Shown here: positions 1-14,408 of the stretch, one piece after another | Layout: every line of letters begins with the position of its first letter | How positions within the stretch are numbered: the stretch's first letter is position 1 | Source: Balanoglossus misakiensis | Lineage: Eukaryota; Animalia; Hemichordata | Assembly: GCA_040954595.2 (NCBI GenBank) | Contig: CM082598.2 | Location: 2,170,001-2,234,000 of the forward strand | Length of the DNA stretch: 64,000 nucleotides | Direction of reading: 5' to 3' | The notes under the pieces: generated by a model | Databases searched by the model: none | What the model saw: the letters and a program-made list of their open reading frames with translations, nothing else | What the model was told of the DNA's origin: nothing | Translations under genes and position numbers: made by a program

Positions 1-1863
1 AAGATATTGCCTCATTAGCACTAAGCTATAAAACATGGTATTTGTATCAGGGTATCCAAAAGTACAGGGATTAAAATCGCTTGTCTCGTATAATTTAGAT
101 GGTAGTAGGATATATGGCTCAGAAACTAGTTATAAAGTAATTAAAAGGAAATCATTAAAATGTAGTTTCTGAACAGAGGGTTGCTGTTTGTAGTTCAACA
201 TACTGAGGTTATTAAAATTGCGTTTGGTTTGACATCCCTCATAGCTGTTAAACTGAAGCAGAGATGTTGCTATTAGCTGCGAAACTTAGTTCTCGACTTG
301 CACATAAATCTTATTGACCTTTTCTCCACATTCGGGAATGCTTGCTAGCACAGCACTCAACGTGTTTCAATCCCTTTCATATTCCAATCAATGAAAATGA
401 AAATATATATGAATTTATTTGGCATACGGATGTCTCATTTCAGTGTTTTCTATGGCCAGCTCAGTAATCCAAAAGCTTTGTTGACAATCTGTTATCATTA
501 ATGTGGACACGGTTGTTCTGATGGCAATTTACTCCTAGACCAATGATGCATTGAATTAAGCTGGTGTCTGTACACCAATCGATCTGCAATGTATGGTACA
601 TATATTCAGTTTTGGGGAGATCTACAAGCTCACGTCATGGTGGGTATAAATTTTCCAAGTTGAAACGTAAACGGAAGTCTTTGAAATATACATGGGTTTT
701 CTTGTGAAAGTGAAGAATGAGGATGTTAAAAATGTTGCTGATTCTAAAATGTACATGTAGCATGGTGAATTTTCCTGAAGAGTTTTGGTGATGGTCCCAT
801 TGAGATGTACATGTCAACATTTATTATATAGCGCATGAAATATTTCACTTTAACACTTTAGGTGGGCATTATGTCTTTTGCATGCTTCATCTTGAAGGAG
901 GCCATCAGATAGTTAATGAAAAGAAAGCAAGTACTTCCACATACTTTTGACTAGTATGCTGAAAGCAGGCAATACTCTGGGGACGAGGAAAGTGGTATGC
1001 TTTTTAACCTTAAATAGTAAATAACGAGTTTGGAGATGATGTTTTGGATCCCAGTACATCTGTTATGTCTTTAGAAGTGTTTTCCTGGATTTGATATTTC
1101 TTGTACAAGTTTCTTCAAAAGAGTTACTTATTATTACCCTTACAATGATTTTAAAAAACGTGTAATGAAAGCGTGACTGAAACATACTGTTTCCTCTTCG
1201 CTGATTCTCTACGCTTGCACGTAACACAGAAATTATTTCGTACTTTTACTGTTACGTAGGAGGGCGATGACCCACTTTGTATTCCGTGAGGCCAAGTAAA
1301 CGTATTTAATACCCTCGTGTATCGCAAACATTAATACTTTGACATGTCGTGACTCGATAAAAGACGGTTTTGATGAGAGAAGCATAACAGCCGATAACGT
1401 TCCGTGTCGACTCACAACCATGTTGCCATCCGGGATTTGTTGATAGTGTGAAAATAGACAGGCAGCGGACTTACGTTTTAATTTAATTGTCTCTGTCACC
1501 TAAGGCATTATTGAAGAAATTAATATTAAATGAGATAGCTACCTTTAAATTAAACAACCAAAAGATATGTAACAATACATTTCAGGCAAAGTTCTAAACC
1601 ACAAAGCCATACTTTATCTTATCTGTGTTCTTTTATGGCTGCATGCCCACTGTGAACAATAAATGGTGGAGTACACACATGTCCTGTAGTAAAATAAGAG
1701 TACTTTGGCTTTTGATTTGTGGCTTTTATGTCACAGTATTGCGAGGATTACTCTTTACTTGTCTGAGTGCAATGCACAGTGAAATAATTTGATACAAGGA
1801 AGAACATGAAAATGTGGAAGATATCTAAGCTGTCTCGTCCTTCCAAAGTTGCATTGTGACATA

Positions 1864-2041
1864 CATAAAAAACATGTCTAAACCAAACCCTGTCTAATCT
1901 GGAAACTGTCTATACTGAACACCTTTTTCCATCCCTTTGACATAGAACCACATGTTAAAAGAACCTCTACAAACCGGACATGTCTGTAAACTGAACAATT
2001 CCTTCAGTCCCTTTGGTGTTCGGTTTAGACAGGTTTTACTG
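1864..2041. mobile_element. MITE with Tc1/mariner-type ends (...AGACAGGTTTTACTG); partial copy at ~2312-2412
   Basis: Right end GTGTTCGGTTTAGACAGGTTTTACTG is matched by a degenerate inverted left end AAAACATGTCTAAACCAAAC, with internal subrepeats. Confidence 0.55.
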
Positions 2042-2139
2042 CAATTTCATTTTGAAGCCAACTATTGTAAATTGTCCATTGAGACATTTTGTCAAATTTT
2101 AAAATAAAATCAACATGAGATATACAACACAAAGCAGAT

Positions 2140-2601
2140 GGTACAACATTTCACGCAACTGGGAAGTGTACCATTGTTGTAAATGAGTGTATGCCACTTG
2201 ACAAACCCGTATATAGATGTGAGATTGTAAGTTGTCCTTCATTGTATATACTCTCTGAGTCTCCTACATCAATGTAGTGGGGAATGGCCACCATAAAACA
2301 AAAAGACTGCCTTTTCCCGTCCCTTTGACATAGAACCTCCATAAACCAGACACCTCTGTGAAACAAAGCCATGTCTTCAGTCCATTTGATGTTCAGTTTA
2401 GACAGGTTTTAACACAGACCAGATGGTACAACCTTTCACGCAACTGGGAAGGGCACCATTGTTGTAAACGAGTGTAACTGTATGCCACTCGACAAGCCTG
2501 TATATAGATGTGAGATTGTAACTTGTCGTTCGTTCTTAATACTCTCTGAGTCTCCTACATCAATGTACTGGGCAATAGCCACCATAAAACAAAAAGACTG
2601 C
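2140..2601 (-). pseudogene. Two tandem decayed copies of a LamG-like exon (pseudo-exons)
   Basis: Near-identical segments at ~2140-2310 and ~2410-2601. After ag| they read AVFLFYGG(H/Y).. then frameshift to (H/Q)YIDVGDSESI.NE.Q(L/V)TIS. Another frame gives EWHTVTLVYNNGAL, a LamG-type WH.V.l.y motif. Confidence 0.45.
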
Positions 2602-4000
2602 CTGCAATCTGAGATGTTTGTGTAGAATACACATATCACCCAGGTAACGTTGGCACAATTCCATTGCTTTTATGTGCTTATAGAAGCAATCGGATACACA
2701 TAGCTCAACATAAAGGGTCTACTAAAAGCCGCTATAATCCTCGTTATCATCTCGATCGGATTCAAAATGACTTTCATAGTTTGAGGTTTTTCTCCCGCCA
2801 AGTCGGAAATCACCATGGTTGATTAGATGGAAAGCAGAGTTGGTTGAGGAAAGAATGTTGATGACAAGGTCAGCATCAAATGAGTTCATGCATCAGTACA
2901 TGTAGTTCGAGAAAAAGTTAAAGGGACACGAGCTGTAAAATTTTTGCTATCTTTTAGTATTTTTGTTTGGTGTATCAATTATGTGTATAACCACCATATT
3001 GCGCACACATATGTTAATAAACCAGAGAAAAAATGAAGACTTATATGACTTTCTACACAACGAATCTCGTATACATATTGCCTGTTGGTACAACAATGAT
3101 TTGATCTATTCAAGGTTAATCAATGTTTCAAACACTCCATCTGTTCAACAGTCAAGTCGCATCAACTTTTGAGTGTGACCTTAATTGAACATAAAGCGTC
3201 TCATAGAAAGAAATCGCCCAGCATTCATAGAACAGGGAATGACCACATGCGAATTTAATTGGCTCTGGTGGGGTTGGTTGGTTATTTGTGTACGCGGGTA
3301 ATATGTCCATTCTCGCGACACAAAAGTCAACTTCCGTTGGTGTTATACCTCATTGATATCAAGTAGGAAGACACTCTAACCAGGTAGCATACTTTCAGGA
3401 ATTCTTATTCTTGTCTGGGAGAGATTTCTAGCACAAATTCCCATTCTCCCTGACATAAAACATTGAGTTCGGGCAACGAGGGTTTTCAAGCTCAAAATGC
3501 GCGTGCAGAATTCGTATCTAAAAGTATATAACAGTGACTCATGTGTTTTCCAACTGTCATTGATGTTTGCCAATTCAGGGCTCCTTGGAGGGATAAGATG
3601 GATAACATAATGATCGTTGCAGATGCGTAATAATTGATAAAAATCTTTCTGATGTCGCTATAACATTTACAGGAATAATTTGATTGATGTACCGTGTCTC
3701 CTTCTTAGATAGAAGCTACATGATGACATCACTTAGTCTGCTGCGTGGAATACATAAATCAGACAAAACAGGAAACCAACAAAGCCAGACAAAACAGAAA
3801 GGTTGATGTGATGGAGTTCTGTCACCATATTTGGTTGACTTTTGCAGTTGGTGTTGATCGCTCAATAGACGAGAAAGTGACTAAATTGGAGCGCAGAGAC
3901 TTGAATAAGTCATTACACGCTCAGGATAAATTGTACTTGAAACAAACACCGTGGTGAAATGACTTAACACCTTGTATAATTCACGCAATTGCCTTGCACA

Positions 4001-7000
4001 TTAGTGTGTGTACTCATTCAGCCTGAAGATCGTCTTCCAACCAAAATCCACCTTGCAGAAGACATTGTGATTTAAAAGGCCTGAAATGTCCCATATCCTG
4101 CCATTAGGGGAAGGAAACTTTAGATCATATGATACCATGACGTCATTACTTACGTAAGCAAACCTGTTCAGCAACACGCTGTCTTGGATTTCATCTTCCC
4201 ACACGTTGACCTCGTCTAGAACTCCGATGAAGTGATCGCCCAATGAGCTGGAAACTCCCAGAAGCAATGACGTAGAAAACAGACTGCTGGCCTCGGCTGT
4301 CCCCGTCGCATCACTTCCAATTACTTCGCCGTTTCTCAAAACAGACAAACCTGCAAATGAGGTTTTGTACGTCCAGCTTAGTGTACCACTTCGACAAAGC
4401 TGCCAGGATTAAAATACTTAAAATGTCTGGAACTTGATAAACTCAAATTCAAAGAGAGATATTGTAAAATATGACTGAGTAGACTGACCAACTTATCAGT
4501 GATTATCTACCAATCTTTACATGAGGGAATTTGGCATAACTTGTGTACTTCGATCGCTCTGATTTTGTTGTTGTTTTGTAAACAACCGATGGATGTATTT
4601 CATAGGTGTTTGTTGAAGGTGTTTTGTTGTGGTGACCAAGGTATTTACCAAGGTATTCAGTCTCGACCAGGAAGTTTTTCTGGTATTTGGTGAATTATGG
4701 GAAATCTGAAGTGCACAATTTGTGCCAGTTTGGATTGGCATAATAGTGAGGAGTTAACATGAAAGTTTGTTTCGACTGTACAAGATTAAAGTACAAGGTT
4801 TTATTTTTCCCATTCCACAACTTATTTGCATGTACATGTAGTACTTACCTGCGGTATCTTCCCATTTTATTGAAATCTGCAGCCATTCATTGAAAGGGAA
4901 GTCTACAATGGTGCCTTGATAGGTGTATTTTGTTGCGGCAGTTTTCACCAAGGTCACAAAATTATTATCAATGTTTTCCACAAACACTGCGACACCCGCT
5001 TTGTTATTTTCTTCACCACCTGTTGATGTACATAATAACAATGCTTCACTATTGACATGTATGCATGGTTCATTCGCAAAAACAGGATGCGCTGTGATAT
5101 CATCTTCATTTCTCCCAGTCATTATTGCCCTCTGCAGTGTCCTTTTTCAAACAGTTAACATTTTATTCGTAATTTGGTTTGCAGTTGCTCGAAGGCTTGA
5201 AACTTAACCGAACGCATCAGTTGACATCTGATATATGACTTTGCTTGTGGGCAACAAGTTACTGTTAGCTCCCGACAGAATGAAAGTGAACGACCTTTAA
5301 TTGGAATTAACCTTAATACTAACTTAACCCAGAAACGAGTTGCATATTTAAGCATTTACGAGAAGGCGAGTTCACGTTGCTGTTTGACCTCTGATGCTAA
5401 AAGCTGTAATTGGTAATTATCCACACTGAAAAATACTAAGTGGAACATTTTATGTCGAAATTAACTTTAAAATCTTCACATCGAACATTAACCTATTTCT
5501 CAACTTGAAAATTTATTATTTCACTTATAGAAAATAGTTTAAGGTAGCTTAATAGGTTTGAGTCAAGTGGATTTTTACACTGAAGAACTATGATTGTATT
5601 CAGCTTCTGAATGAGTTGATTGTGATTGTACACAGTCTAGTGTTTCACTTAGACCGAGGGGATGGGGAATTCACCACCTGTTAACATGTTGGCACCCCTT
5701 AGCGATTTGTCAAGGGGGGACCAGTGCCCCTTAAAATGGCATTCACATGTTGTTGGAGATAATATAACTATTAATGTTGTTTATTAATAAACAATGCCTG
5801 TATTCTCTGTAACATCCCATAAAATTACACTTTACGTGATTTCGCTAAACCATTTCGAGGAGACTCTGACTAAAAGCCATGGGTGGCTTATTTTCCGATG
5901 TCATATAACATGACCACCAGGAAATCAGACATCTTCGGGATAGAGAAATTACCATAAATTTAAAATTTGCTTCTAAGAGCAATGATATTTTATACAGTTA
6001 CCGTGCTATTTGCGGTAATCGTGTTTGATAGCGGCGCGTACGTGAGTTGATAAGAAGCACAGGGAAAACACCTAACCATTTTCTCTGATACCGGTCATAG
6101 ATCAGTCGAGCTAAAATAGCCAAGCGACCTTCGTTAAGGCAATAAAACTGTCTGTGGCTGCATATCAATCTGCATTTAATGAAGTGTTACAGTGACGGTA
6201 ACTCAAAGTGTGATTTATCAGGATTCAATTTACGACACATTTATCTGTTTCTATGGTATCTGACGGCCCATGTTTGAAAAAGTCTTAGAGAATTGTGATC
6301 ATCAGAATTGGAATATTTTGTGACATATATGAACAGTGTTAATTTCTTCAGCTAAACAGTATAATAAGATGAACGCAGCATAATAGTGTGCGCATAATAA
6401 TTGCTATAGAACTCCCTGTTAGAATCTTAATTTATGTGGACACATTACTTATAGTACCCTATTATTGTACATGTATTGTAAAAAGTGTAAACATATTTAT
6501 CATGGACCAGTAGTTACTGTATACAGAGATATGATTGTCAGGACTTGTATTTCCCCCAGATTCATTAAAGCTCATCAGTGAAAATGAAAAACGACAGGTT
6601 AAATTGGAGGTCAACATTTAAAGAGGGAGGAATCTTGAAGGCGTGACAATAACAGCCTTTTTCAGTTGCCATATAGGTCAACTCTGTGTGACATTAATAC
6701 ATGCATGGAATAAGTAAATGTGTAGAAATAATTATGGAATAATGTCTAATTTATAGGATATTTAGGATTTAATCGATTTTTTTTAGTTTGAGAAAAGCCA
6801 TCTCATTTTCCTGTCGTCCAACTTCACCACTCTGAGGATGGTGGACTTGGACCAAATCATGGTGGTGATAAAGAGTTTCATCCAAAGCCTTGGGTTTCCC
6901 TTGAGTTGATCATTCAAAACAGTAAGAACAAATGTGATTGATTATTAAATGGCTTTCCTACCTGAAGACAGTATGTATCTTGTGACTCCCAGAATTCCCT

Positions 7001-10000
7001 CTATCTTGACCCAAAAGTTAATGACCACACCATTAGGGCAGTTGCCAAGAGAAGGCTGTGTTAGACAGCCTATGGGTGAAGTGAGTGATGCATACGAAGT
7101 ACCATGAAAGTAACCTCCATAGTCAACAATGGCCCAGGAGGCGTCTGATGGGATGATACCTGTATGAAAGATGATGGAATATTGTGTTAAAATGTTTAGG
7201 ATTCTTACTAATATTAGTAAAGGAAGGGGGCACATATATATCTGCTTATACTTCCAGGTATTAAGCATAAACTGTCTCAGTATATATGGGTCTTGTTCGC
7301 GTTTGTTCATTCAAGTGTAAAAAATGCATATTTTGACCAAACTTTCAAACACTTTTTAAGTCAATTAACACACCTTCATGATTCGGTTTTGAGGCAGGTA
7401 CAATTTACTATGGCTTAGGGATAAATAATCTCAATTGTACGTATTTATTGCGATCAAATTGGCCACAGCAAAGTCTCGACATGTATCCACTTGGCTTTGC
7501 TCATAATTCTCATTAACTAGATCCATAGTGTCTTATGTTAGTTAATTGCATGCACAGTTGCACACATTATTATCAAAACGGTCTGGTAAAAATTAAATCT
7601 CTCTCGAGATTGGTAGCCACATTCTCTCTTAGCTTTTCTGTTTAAAAATAGCTGTTACAGCTAACTAGTCATTGTAAAATGTCTTAGGGCATATCCACCC
7701 TATACATGGGTTTATATCAATTGAGTGTAACCTTGACTGTGTCCACTTAGATATTCTGAGATTTTCATTTCCCTATATAAGAGGTAATTAAAAGTATATA
7801 GCAGGCCGTGCAATAATTTATAATTAAAGAAATAAAATATTTATGACACTTCAATTAACAGTGGCTACATAAATACAGATTTTGGCTCCAAGCAACGTGA
7901 AAGGTCATGGTTTGACCCCAGACACCGTAAATCTCATCGTTGTTATCTCGCTGTCAAATTTTGCGTGATTCCATTATCTCTAGGTACTCTCTCTGTTCAG
8001 ACGCAATTTTAAGTCAAAATGTTACGAGTGATTGATTATCATGGAGATCCAATGCTCTGGGCATTTATCTGCGATATGCGGCTGCCTCCATTTGACAGTG
8101 TCAATAAATACGTTAACTTCATATGGTTAACATTTATTGGCAGTTTTATAGCATTCGTGTCACGCGATAGCCCAATATACACCTTCAATTTGTGCGCCTT
8201 GGTTCAACTTGTACCTGACCGTTTGATCTTTGCTAAAGATTTTACCGTATGTCAACGGTCAAGGCAACGCGGAGAAAATGACCAGATCATGTTTGCATGT
8301 TAACTCTCTGATGCAAGCGCGTGGAAGAGATACAATGTAGATGTGTGCACACATGAGAAATATTCATTCATTCATTCGTTCATTCATTTGTCCATTCGTC
8401 CATTCATTCATTCATTCATTCATTCATTCATCCATTCATTCATTCATTCGCCCATCCATTCATTCATTCGTTCGTTCAGATGTTTGTTTGTGTGTTCATT
8501 CAAACACCAATCCTTCCATCTATCCATCCATCCATCCATCCATCTGCGTGCACACACGCACACACACATACACACACACATGCCAGAATAGTTCTAGAGA
8601 ATGAAGCGCCTCAGCCATTGCGTGAAGTGGTTGTAATCGTACATGTATATCCACCCATTGCATGTACCTCTAATGTATATTTAGAAGATATCTTTTCGTT
8701 ATGTGATGTATAAATAAATTTACGTGTTCGATTGATCTATGACCTTCTATTTAAAAGAGGCATGCAATTGTTATGCGACGACACGAAGATTTGACAGCCT
8801 GCTAAATTGAAAGCAATCTATATGCATGAATTCTATTTACTTAGATTCAGCCATGCTTTGCAACACAGTGGATAAAATGTGAGGAGAGTAAGCCTGTATT
8901 TTTTGTCGAGTATTGTTCGATTATTTTAATTGCTAGCTCATGGTTATCATGGTACAGTGATCACCGATATGTCTAGTTCAACTCCTTATGAGATGAAACG
9001 AACCATCTCTGTAGATCTATAATAATCTTAAAAATTACATAGAAACACAATATCATCTACACTGCCACCCGTGATCATCACTGAGAAAAGCTAAGCATAT
9101 CAGCACCCTCTATGTGAGATGCAGAGAGAGCGCTATGAACACAGTGGATAAAATGTGAGGAGAGTAAGCCTGTATTTTTTGTCGAGTATTGTTCGATTAT
9201 TTTAATTGCTAGCTCATGGTTATCATGGTACAGTGATCACCGATATGTCTAGTTCAACTCCTTATGAGATGAAACGAACCATCTCTGTAGATCTATAATA
9301 ATCTTAAAAATTACATAGAAACACAATATCATCTACACTGCCACCCGTGATCATCACTGAGAAAAGCTAAGCATATCAGCACCCTCTATGTGAGATGCAG
9401 AGAGAGCGCTATGAATTCGTTTTTCTCGCGAGAAACATCAATTCTCACTGTTAACGTAGATGGCATCTTCCAAATCTTTCGAAAATTTTGTCAGCATTAC
9501 CGATACATTATTGATTTTCTGTCGTATTCAATCATCAATCAAAACATGAAAAACGAACAGACAGTGCAATGAGACAGACAGAAGGTGTAGAATACTGAGT
9601 AAACTAATATTTACCGTTCAAAACGACGCCACTGGCTGCTGTGCCTGTATCTGTCAGAGTCAGATCAACCATGGTGTCAAGCGACAAGTGGTGACTTGAA
9701 TCTGGCCATGTGGTGTCTGGAAGACCAACAGAAACTTGTGAATACAAACACATCATACCATAAGAAAACACTGATAGTCAGGAAAAATCAGCCTTAATTC
9801 AAGACTTTAATTTAAAACTAAACGTAGGCTATTATTGCCACTCTCTCACTGTTTGTTCTCACACTTTCAGACGTGACCATACAAACCATTCATGTCTTCC
9901 GTAAAATTACCCTCTTCATTTCGTCTCTCATTTTAACTAGGCCATTCCCCTTACGCTGTGGAAAACGATAGCTTGGTTTGATCGGGATGTACGTTTTATC

Positions 10001-12332
10001 TTACGCCCTCAACGAACGAACGAACCAGTAGATATAACACGTTTAACACTGCAGTTAGCTACTTAAAACATCAAATTGGTATTTAACAAAGGGATGTCAT
10101 TAAATTATGTATAAACAAATTTTGACCTTTTTCGCAGATGTATTTCATTGTATCGGTGCATGTCGCGGTTACCCATTGTCCACTGGAACCTTCCAAATAA
10201 GTGCAAAAGGTTGGACTGACGGGATCTCCGTCTCTCCAGTTGGTGTATGACAGTGTCGGGAGGGTTTCGTCCATCCATTGATATGTTCCAGTATCCCGTT
10301 TCAGTCCTGAGAATTTGTGATCGAAGAATTGGTGTCACTCTTTATCATTTGGTTGTGTTATCCTGAAGGAAGTGCTAATATTTACATCAATCCATCTCTC
10401 CATCCATCCATCCATCCATCCATCCATCCATCCATCCATCCATCCATCCATCCATCCATCCCTCCATACATCCATCCAACCATCCATCCATCCATCCATC
10501 CATCCATCCATCCATCCATCCATCCATCCATCCCTCCATACATCCATCCAACCATCCATCCATCCATCCATCCATCCATACATTCATACATACATACGAA
10601 ATTTACACAAATATTGACATAAGCTCAGTCTAATACACAAAACATATTTTCCTATGAAATGTATTCTCACCTATCCAGACATTTTCCGACAAACTTAAAG
10701 ACGTTAAGAAAATGTTGGTAGCGTCGTCCGACACTGTGGTCAGATTCACAGTGTATTCCGTGTCGCAGTACGTTTGAGCATCTGAATAAGAGTCTAACGC
10801 TTCGACCTTCTTGTAACATTTTCGTCCATGGTGGCGCCATCCGTACTCGCACATGTAATCGTCGTCAATGGTGTGATTCTTGTTGTCAATGAATTAGAGC
10901 AACCAGAATTAAGAACATAAAAGATAAAATACAGGTATAAAATACAGAAAAATTGGACAAAATACAGGTTAATTAACCTATCAAAATTCTACATATTAAA
11001 CTGTTGTTGCTTTACCAATATTATAATTATCCTCCAATAGAAACTGCCTATAGCCACGCGAGATCTTTCACTAGTTTCAGTCTCGTGGAGTTTGGACAAT
11101 GGTTTATTAACAATGAAATCTTTAAGACTGTTCTGTGCTAAATGACATACCTTTACGCATATGAAGTATTTGGAGTTTAAGCAGTTCATATCTCCCCATA
11201 GACCATTCATTGCGAACATAAACAAACAATCTTCGAGTCCTCCAAGGTTATTTGGTTCCCCTGTTCACAAAAATGAATGACATCACGTCCCAAATTTATG
11301 ATGGTAAACATACGGTACAGCTTTTTCGCTAAGTGAGATTGATATTATAGACGAGAGATAAACTGGAATCGCTTTCTGTAAATACTTACCCGCTAGAGTG
11401 AACCAATTAACATAGCCGGCACTTGTGCTGTTATCAAGCCACAGATAATGGCGAGTTGCGCCTTCGTCATATATAAACATGCCTAAGGTGGGAGGAAAAG
11501 GCAAAATATAATCGTTTATTCTGTAATCATCTGTGGGTATGTTTCAAGTATTTGTGGATGCACTTTTGGTGTATCCTGGTGTATGTGAACTTGGTATTCC
11601 ATGATCATGTAGTGATGGCTGGCAAAACACTTCAATCTTCAGTGGTTTGCTGACAATACTGTATCTTCTTTTCAGAAAAACAAAGCAACTGTACTAAACT
11701 GTGTTTTAATTGTCTCCCTTCTGAATTGTTAGGTTCAAAGAAGAAAGTCCATATGAGGTTGCATTCAAGTCCGCAAAGAAGAAGCCCAGGATGTGTGATT
11801 CTAACGTACAAGAGACCTACCAGTACAGGTGAGCTCATATACATTTACATCCATTGGCAGAAAATTGTGTTATGGTTCAGGTAATTGTCTACACACTTTA
11901 TATTCTGGCCAGCGTCAGCCTTGGACAATTTTGTTGATTCGCGAGAGTTGCTGGTATGACCAGGTGGCGTACCTCACTGAGAAGGTCGCATTTACAAATA
12001 AGGACCAGGGGGATTGGTCAGTGTCAGCAACAGCGTCTTTTATGCGATCGACTGACCCTCATATTTCCCTGGCCCCCACCTGCTTAGTAACAGAAAGCTC
12101 CCTGGCAAGAGTGGTTGACTTACTTACCAAGCCAAAAGTCGAAAATTGTTGGATAATGTTCCACAGCAAAGTTCTGGAGGAATGTATTTTCGGTGGCATC
12201 GGGCACTTTGGGTAAATCGGCGCCACTCTCGAAACACTTGGCTCGGGCCACTTCGAAATTGAGCATCTGATGGTAGTACTTGTAACACCGTCCATCGCGA
12301 TAGGTCCAGTCACCAGGGCATGAATACACCAC
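4001..12332 (-). CDS. Secreted protein with two C-type lectin domains and a LamG/concanavalin A-like (Laminin_G_3/pentraxin-like) domain; exons 2-10
   Basis: Phase-consistent GT-AG exons: 12332-12128, 11482-11390, 11260-11151, 10878-10671, 10306-10127, 9734-9615, 7159-6962, 5019-4849, 4350-4001 (possible internal donors at 4154 or 4052). CTLD1: [13 protein letters not shown]...FWLG...NW...GEPNN...EDC...WGDMNC...FIC. CTLD2: CEYGW..HGRKCY...VWIGL...YTNW...C...W...C...YICEK. LamG-like: [45 protein letters not shown]. About 561 aa with exon 1 if read through to the stop at 4001. Confidence 0.88.
8363..8580. repeat. Compound microsatellite (TTCA)n/(TCCA)n/(CA)n
   Basis: Directly visible. Confidence 0.95.
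8862..9415. repeat. Tandem duplication, 2 x 276 bp
   Basis: AACACAGTGGATAAAATGTGAGG... starts at 8862 and again at 9138; both copies end GCGCTATGAA; no differences seen. Confidence 0.95.
10391..10597. repeat. (CCAT)n microsatellite, intronic
   Basis: Directly visible. Confidence 0.95.
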
Positions 12333-14253
12333 CTTCAGAATCAATAACACAAAATACTATAAAATGAGAAATTTCAAATAAATGCAATACTTAGGAATTA
12401 CTTTTCAATTAGTATAATAGCCAATCAGAGTAGTGTCATTCATACTATATAATTAAGCATCAGTGCAGCGCAAATGTTATTAGGGGTTGAAAGACCTGGT
12501 CTCCATAAAACAATTCAGAGCCAGGTTATTCTTCTGCTAATTGAATCAATGTTGACCACAGTGCCCCATGGAAATCCATTTTCTGGCCTGGAGGCATCTA
12601 ACGGTACTAACCAGAATGCAGTAAAACTGAATATAATATAATGTAGTGTGCTGGGTAAAAGCAAAAAAATGTTCCTATTGGGTGATATGCAGTATACTTC
12701 TAAGTAATTTCTTTCCTTTTATTCATTTTATGAAACATTAGGTCTAAATAAAAAATATGCACATTAATATATATATTGTCAGTCGAATCATCGATATGCA
12801 TGAAAGTACTTTGATTCATATCACAGGTTTATATGTTTGTGGACAGGTTCTAGGCTTGAGGCACGTCTGGCAGTCTAACGAACGTGGTGAACAAACACTG
12901 CATCAGTCTGGGCAGGTCGTTAAGTTCAGTCCACATGTCGTAAAAGAGCAGTCACCTCACGATAAAACGATATCCAACTCAGCTCAAAGAAATCCACAGG
13001 TCTGTGTCCTGTCTGGAATAAGTAAAAGAGTCGGACGGGTGGCATTTCAAAAAGCGGCTTCAGATTTTGTAATAAAAGTTGTATTAGCGCCAATTCCCAA
13101 ATTACGCGTAAGCAAAGTACAAAACGTAACTGCTCGGTGCATGAATAGCAACGAGGATGTCATCTCACTATGGCTGTAATGGGGGATCTATGTTGAGGCG
13201 TTTTTTGGATGGATTATAGTGTGTCCCGGAAGTAACACGAGGGAAATCTGTTAATAACGCGAACGTGGCATGATTGTGTTTCAAGAATAAGTCACAGTCT
13301 TTTCAGTCGATGGTGAATGATTTCACCAAAGGAGTTTTCTTTGTCCACTGATATAGCTAAGAAACCTTGATTACATAAAGAAACCCACAGTGTAGTGTTA
13401 ACAGAGGTACTTTCAACAGACTTTTCAGACGATAGTGATAATGTTAACATAATGCAGATAAGAAGCAGGCACTCTGACATTCTTAGTCCAGCTACTTTCT
13501 TATTAAGTACCAAAATCATTTCTTAATTAGCCTAGCTACGTTTAACATTTGCTACGCTGTGATTACTGAAATAAAAATACTTTCCTTCACCACAACATGT
13601 ACGTCTAATCATAGTCTTGCCAAATAATATATCATGAAATATTACACCATATTTTTGAAAATACCATCATATCAACAGGATAATAAACTACCCATGATAA
13701 TTTATCATGATATAAATATGATATCACATAAAACTATCTGGTGTGATCGATGACAGTATTTGATGGATTTATGGTGGCATTTCAGTGTTGAAATTTCGCA
13801 ACGGCCTGAAGAGCTGTTTGTGTTAGGTGTTCAAGATTGAGAAGAAGATAATGACTCCTGGGAATATGCCACTATGGTATATTCATCATTGTATAAATGC
13901 TTTCATATCCTCCTCTATTTCCTGTTGTGGCTTTGATCGGAAGGTGATAGCTATGCATGCAACAGTGTAGGGCCATAACCATTCGTCAAAATAGCTGAGA
14001 TTATTCGTTGTCCTTCTTCAGTGTGTTCTCTCGCTGTGTCGCGTCTGTCTGATGGCACTGTTGTAGATTTTTCACAGAACATGGGATGTCAGTTCAGATG
14101 CTTTAATGTAAGCCAGGGTGAGCCCAAAAGAGGCAGAGTTTTGATGAATTTCTCTCTGAATCACGTAGAGTCTTGTTTTGCTATATTGTGCTCTTTCCCC
14201 AGTGTATCACGGCCACAAAAGTGACTGTCAAAATGGTTTACATTCCTAGTTGT

Positions 14254-14317
<64 letters not shown>

Positions 14318-14349
14318 ATTGATGATGATGATATTGATGATGATGATAT

Positions 14350-14405
<56 letters not shown>
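14254..14405. repeat. (GAT)n microsatellite
   Basis: Directly visible. Confidence 0.95.

Positions 14406-14408
<3 letters not shown>

Noticed and set aside
4500-4740. Possible Penelope GIY-YIG/RT relic (VVYKTT, QIPSCKD)
   Set aside because: Motifs are spread over frames and too weak to call without an alignment.
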